DNA of 63,356 bases, the filler included. It is 5 parts of 5 records of this genome, joined end to end, with 100 filler letters (N's around TTAATTAATTAA, not from the genome) between each part and the next. Parts side by side here need not be neighbours in the genome. Positions count along the whole stretch, not along the records: positions 58,091 to 63,356 come from SRR31156797_2122; 4 more parts are not named here. The stretch is one strand, 5' to 3'. The notes under the pieces are model-generated. The model was not told where the DNA came from. It did no database searches and saw only the letters and a list, made by a program, of their open reading frames with translations. Positions within the stretch are counted from its first letter, which is position 1. Every line of letters begins with the position of its first letter. The position numbers and the translations under genes are program-made. Below, piece by piece: positions 60,045 to 63,356 of the stretch.

Positions 60045-61001
60045 ATGAGAATATGTCCGAAACAGATCATGTGCGCCGTAGATTTTTCAGGATTCGCCCC
60101 CCTGATCCTGTCCTACGGCAAATCCCTGGCCCGGGAATTCAACGCCAACCTCATCATCTGCCATATTGTCCAGGATACCGTAATGCTCTCCAGCCACGCC
60201 CAAGCCGGTTTTTCCACCGAAGAGGTGACGGCCCAGCGCATTGAAGATGCCAAAGACGCCATCCAATACCTGGCAGACCAGGCCGATGTCAATGCCGCCC
60301 CCCTGGTTTCTTTAGGGCATCCGGCAGATGAAATCACCCGGCTGGCAAAGGAAAAAGAGATAGACCTGGTCATCGCGGCCACCCACGGCGGCTCCGGCAT
60401 CAAACGGTTTCTGGTGGGCTCGGTCACGGACCGGCTGGTCAAGACCCTGGAATGCCCCCTCCTGGTCCTCCACCCCCGGGGTCAGGACCAGGCGGCCGAT
60501 GATGTAAAACTTCCATTGGAACGGATTCTTGTGGGATGTGACTTTTCCGACGGTTCGGGCCTTGCCTTTGACCATGCCCTGAGCCTGGCCCAGGAATTTG
60601 AGGCGGAACTCCATCTGGTCCATGTCATCAAGCCCCGTCCCCAGACCCCCATGACCCCTCCGGGCAAAGCCGAGTTCAGGGAAGATCATTATCCCTGTTT
60701 CCCGGAAGATATGGTAGAGGACAATGCCGAATACCGCCGGTATCTGCTGGCCCACATGGAAGACCGGCTTAAAAACATGATTCCGGAAGAGAGCCGCCAT
60801 TGGTGTACCCCGGTTGTCCGGCTCCGCCAGGGAGAACCCTATCTTGAGCTGCTCAATTATGCCAAAGAGTATAAAATAGACATGATCGTCCTGGGTATCC
60901 ACGGTCACAGCCTTTTGGAGCAGTTTCTGGTCGGTTCCACCACGGACCGGGTGATTTCCCGTGCAGACTGCCCGGTCATGGCTGTTCGCCAAAGACCATG
61001 A
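60045..61001 (+). CDS. Tandem-domain universal stress protein
   Basis: Two Usp repeats: AVDFS...ATHG...GSVTDRLV and GCDFS...GIHG...GSTTDRVI. Confidence 0.93.
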   Translation: MRICPKQIMCAVDFSGFAPLILSYGKSLAREFNANLIICHIVQDTVMLSSHAQAGFSTEEVTAQRIEDAKDAIQYLADQADVNAAPLVSLGHPADEITRLAKEKEIDLVIAATHGGSGIKRFLVGSVTDRLVKTLECPLLVLHPRGQDQAADDVKLPLERILVGCDFSDGSGLAFDHALSLAQEFEAELHLVHVIKPRPQTPMTPPGKAEFREDHYPCFPEDMVEDNAEYRRYLLAHMEDRLKNMIPEESRHWCTPVVRLRQGEPYLELLNYAKEYKIDMIVLGIHGHSLLEQFLVGSTTDRVISRADCPVMAVRQRP

Positions 61002-61100
61002 CCGAAAATTCAAAAAGAAAGAGTTGCACCGTTCTCTTTGCCGGTTAAAAATGATATAAGATCTGCTCAATCATAACTTCTCATGAGGGTATAACAGACC

Positions 61101-62168
61101 ATGACATCATTCAAAGCAAATGCACGCCCCGTTCTGGTGGGCAGCCTTCCCATGACCGACCATGAATCCGCCACACGGCTGGTTCTGAACCAGACGCCTG
61201 AAATCCCGTTGTGGGTTCAGCTTCCCCTGTTCAAAGAAGAAGGGATGGTCAACCAGTTCATGCCGGGGCTTCCGGGACTACGACAGGAAGGAGATAAGAT
61301 CTTTCTGGATACCGGCAAAGAAAATTTTGACGAAGAATTCCTGGCTTTTTTTGAGGACTACCTGGCCCTGTCAGAGCCCGGGGCGGACCTTGAAGGCTCC
61401 CGATTCGCCTTTACCGATCAGACCGGAAAAGGCTTTGCCGAATTCATCCGGCAGGTGGACGACACCCCAAAGGATTTTATTGCCCTCAAGGGCCAGGTCA
61501 CGGGGCCCATAACCTTTGCCACGGCTGTCAAAGACGAACAGGGAAAAGACATTTTCTACAATGACCAGCTCAGGGATGCGGCCGTAAAAAAACTGGCCCT
61601 CAATGCGGGCTGGCAGGCCCGGACCTTTGCCAGCCGCGGGGCCACCCCCATTATTTTCCTGGATGAACCGGCCCTGGCAGGATTCGGGACTTCCGCCTAC
61701 ATCACCATCACCCGGGAAGATGTAATGGCAGCCATAGATGAAATCGTGGACATCATCCACAGGGAAAAGGGATTGGCCGGGGTCCATGTCTGTGCCAACA
61801 CGGAATGGGATATGCTCCTTCAAACCAAAATCGACATTATCAATTTCGACGCCTTTTCCTATTTTGACCGCTTTCTCCTTTATCCGGAAGCCATAAAGGC
61901 CTTTATTGAAAGGGGCGGTATTCTGGCCATGGGCATCGTGCCCACGGAAAAAGCCGATGTCATCATGGCACAGACCCTGGACAGCCTGTCACAAATGTTT
62001 GACGACCAGATATCCCAACTCACCCGGATCCTGGACATGGACCGTGGGACCCTGCTGGAACAGGTTCTCATCACACCGAGCTGCGGCACAGGCTCCCTGG
62101 ATCTTGAATCGGCCAAACGGGTGCTGGAACTGACCCGGGATCTTTCCGCCGCCGTGCGGAAAATTTAA
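61101..62168 (+). CDS. Core (single-barrel) MetE-like methionine synthase, MesB-like
   Basis: VGSLP, PEIPLWVQLP, KGQVTGP, DEP, Zn ligands HVC and TPSCG; 355 aa. Confidence 0.8.
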   Translation: MTSFKANARPVLVGSLPMTDHESATRLVLNQTPEIPLWVQLPLFKEEGMVNQFMPGLPGLRQEGDKIFLDTGKENFDEEFLAFFEDYLALSEPGADLEGSRFAFTDQTGKGFAEFIRQVDDTPKDFIALKGQVTGPITFATAVKDEQGKDIFYNDQLRDAAVKKLALNAGWQARTFASRGATPIIFLDEPALAGFGTSAYITITREDVMAAIDEIVDIIHREKGLAGVHVCANTEWDMLLQTKIDIINFDAFSYFDRFLLYPEAIKAFIERGGILAMGIVPTEKADVIMAQTLDSLSQMFDDQISQLTRILDMDRGTLLEQVLITPSCGTGSLDLESAKRVLELTRDLSAAVRKI

Positions 62169-62827
62169 GACTTCTCAGCCAGGGCGTCCTGTTTAAAATC
62201 ATGGCCGCCCTGGCCATGGGCCTCATAAAATTTCGGATAAGCCTTTTTAAAGGCTGTTAAAATCATCTCCCAGGGCAGATCCGCAAACCGGCCGTGGTCA
62301 TTGACATATTCCATGTGCCGGTTTCCCGCCGCATCCAGGGGATGGAAAACCGAGTCCCCGGTCCCGTCAAACTCCAGGGGCAGCACCCCAAAAGCCTGGC
62401 AGAGACTCAGGTTAAAGGCAGGCGTCGCCTTCACCCATTTCCCGTCAAGAAAAATATCCGTATACCCGTGCCAGACAAAAAGGTCGGTTCCCATCCGCTT
62501 TTTAAGCCGCTGGGTATTCAGATGATTTTTCACATCGGCAAATCCCAGCCGGGCCGGAATCCCCTGGCTTCTCAGGCAGGCCGCCAGAACCACGGCCTTG
62601 GCCACACAATACCCCTGCCCTTTTTCCAAAATCCGGCTGGCCCTCATGCTCTCTTTTGCCGGATCAATATCATAGGGGTTATACCGAATCTCATCCCGGA
62701 CCCCGTAGTAAAGCCTCACAGCCTTTTCAATGTCACTGCTGGCATCATAGATATGCCGGCCTGTAAATTCAACAATCCCCGGATGGTCCGATTCAATGAA
62801 AAACGTGGGTGAGCAATAGGTCTCCAT
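62165..62827 (-). CDS. Transglutaminase-like protein
   Basis: VRDEIRYNPY, GYCVAKA (Cys), WHGY (His), WVKATP; RBS before ATG 62827. Confidence 0.88.
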   Translation of the reverse strand: METYCSPTFFIESDHPGIVEFTGRHIYDASSDIEKAVRLYYGVRDEIRYNPYDIDPAKESMRASRILEKGQGYCVAKAVVLAACLRSQGIPARLGFADVKNHLNTQRLKKRMGTDLFVWHGYTDIFLDGKWVKATPAFNLSLCQAFGVLPLEFDGTGDSVFHPLDAAGNRHMEYVNDHGRFADLPWEMILTAFKKAYPKFYEAHGQGGHDFKQDALAEKS

Positions 62828-63086
62828 TTTGTCTGTCCTTAATCCAATGTCAGAATAAAAGTGCCTCCCTTTCCTATATCCGGTACCCGGATTAAAATCA
62901 ATACACCCCTGGCTCATCCTTGTACCAAGACACATTTTTGTGCCGAAAATGAGACAGGTCAGCCCAACCCGATTCAACCCGGACAATATGTCCGATTACA
63001 TTTTTCCCTTGCTTTCCCTTACCGGGAAAGGTTATCTCCAATAAAACCGGAATGAATCAGCATTTTCTCAAAAAAGGATAACCAAT

Positions 63087-63350
63087 ATGGCTGCAAGTAA
63101 AAAAGACACTGCTCTGGACTTTCTCAACAACACCTGTAGCGGGCACAATATTATTTTTCGGGAAAATTCAATAACATTGTCCTACGATTTTATCATTGAT
63201 ACAGGCACCGCCAAAATACTCATAAAAATCGGAGAGAAACGGTGGGACAATTCCGATAGCGATTCCATTGTAAGCTATCTTCAATCCAAAGAAGACAAAA
63301 TTCAAAACGCTCTGTTGGCCAATGAAAGCGCAATCCTTTCAATGAAATAG
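63087..63350 (+). CDS. Small hypothetical protein
   Basis: AAGGA RBS, 87 aa. Confidence 0.65.
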   Translation: MAASKKDTALDFLNNTCSGHNIIFRENSITLSYDFIIDTGTAKILIKIGEKRWDNSDSDSIVSYLQSKEDKIQNALLANESAILSMK

Positions 63351-63356
63351 CCTTTT

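Noticed and set aside
42594-62812. Many long antisense or overlapping ORFs in the GC-richer contigs (e.g. 46229-46861, 53446-54105, 57141-57821, 60312-61070)
   Set aside because: Shadow frames of well-supported genes, with no recognisable motifs.

Overview
The window is five contigs joined by artificial 100-nt N/TTAATTAATTAA linkers, so no gene neighbourhood should be read across a linker. Contig 1 (1-25455, AT-rich) is the left part of a mobile island inserted after a tRNA-Cys/tRNA-Leu pair. It carries a tyrosine integrase, excisionase, XRE repressor, a second short tyrosine recombinase with a perfect 11-7-11 palindromic site, a DUF932/RadC/Cas4-like nuclease/SSB-like operon, and a primase-helicase followed by an iteron cluster. 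Its cargo looks defensive: HNH+DUF6794, a DUF4365 nuclease fused to an Avs-like helical sensor with no recognisable NTPase, a DUF3800 gene between dif-like inverted sites, an AlwI-like Type IIS R-M system and an extra nuclease. No capsid, terminase or conjugation genes are seen. Contig 2 (25556-41988) looks like Bacteroidota: argS, three sensor kinases, asparaginase, an atypical avidin-family gene, and PorP with its T9SS cargo. Contigs 3-5 look like Desulfobacterota housekeeping DNA: the ffh-rpsP-rimM-trmD-rplS operon, mnmG, a DnaJ-class gene, hpt, cmoM, Usp and a core methionine synthase, plus a small AT-rich insert with an IS3-like scar. All family and taxon calls come from motif recognition by eye, not database searches.
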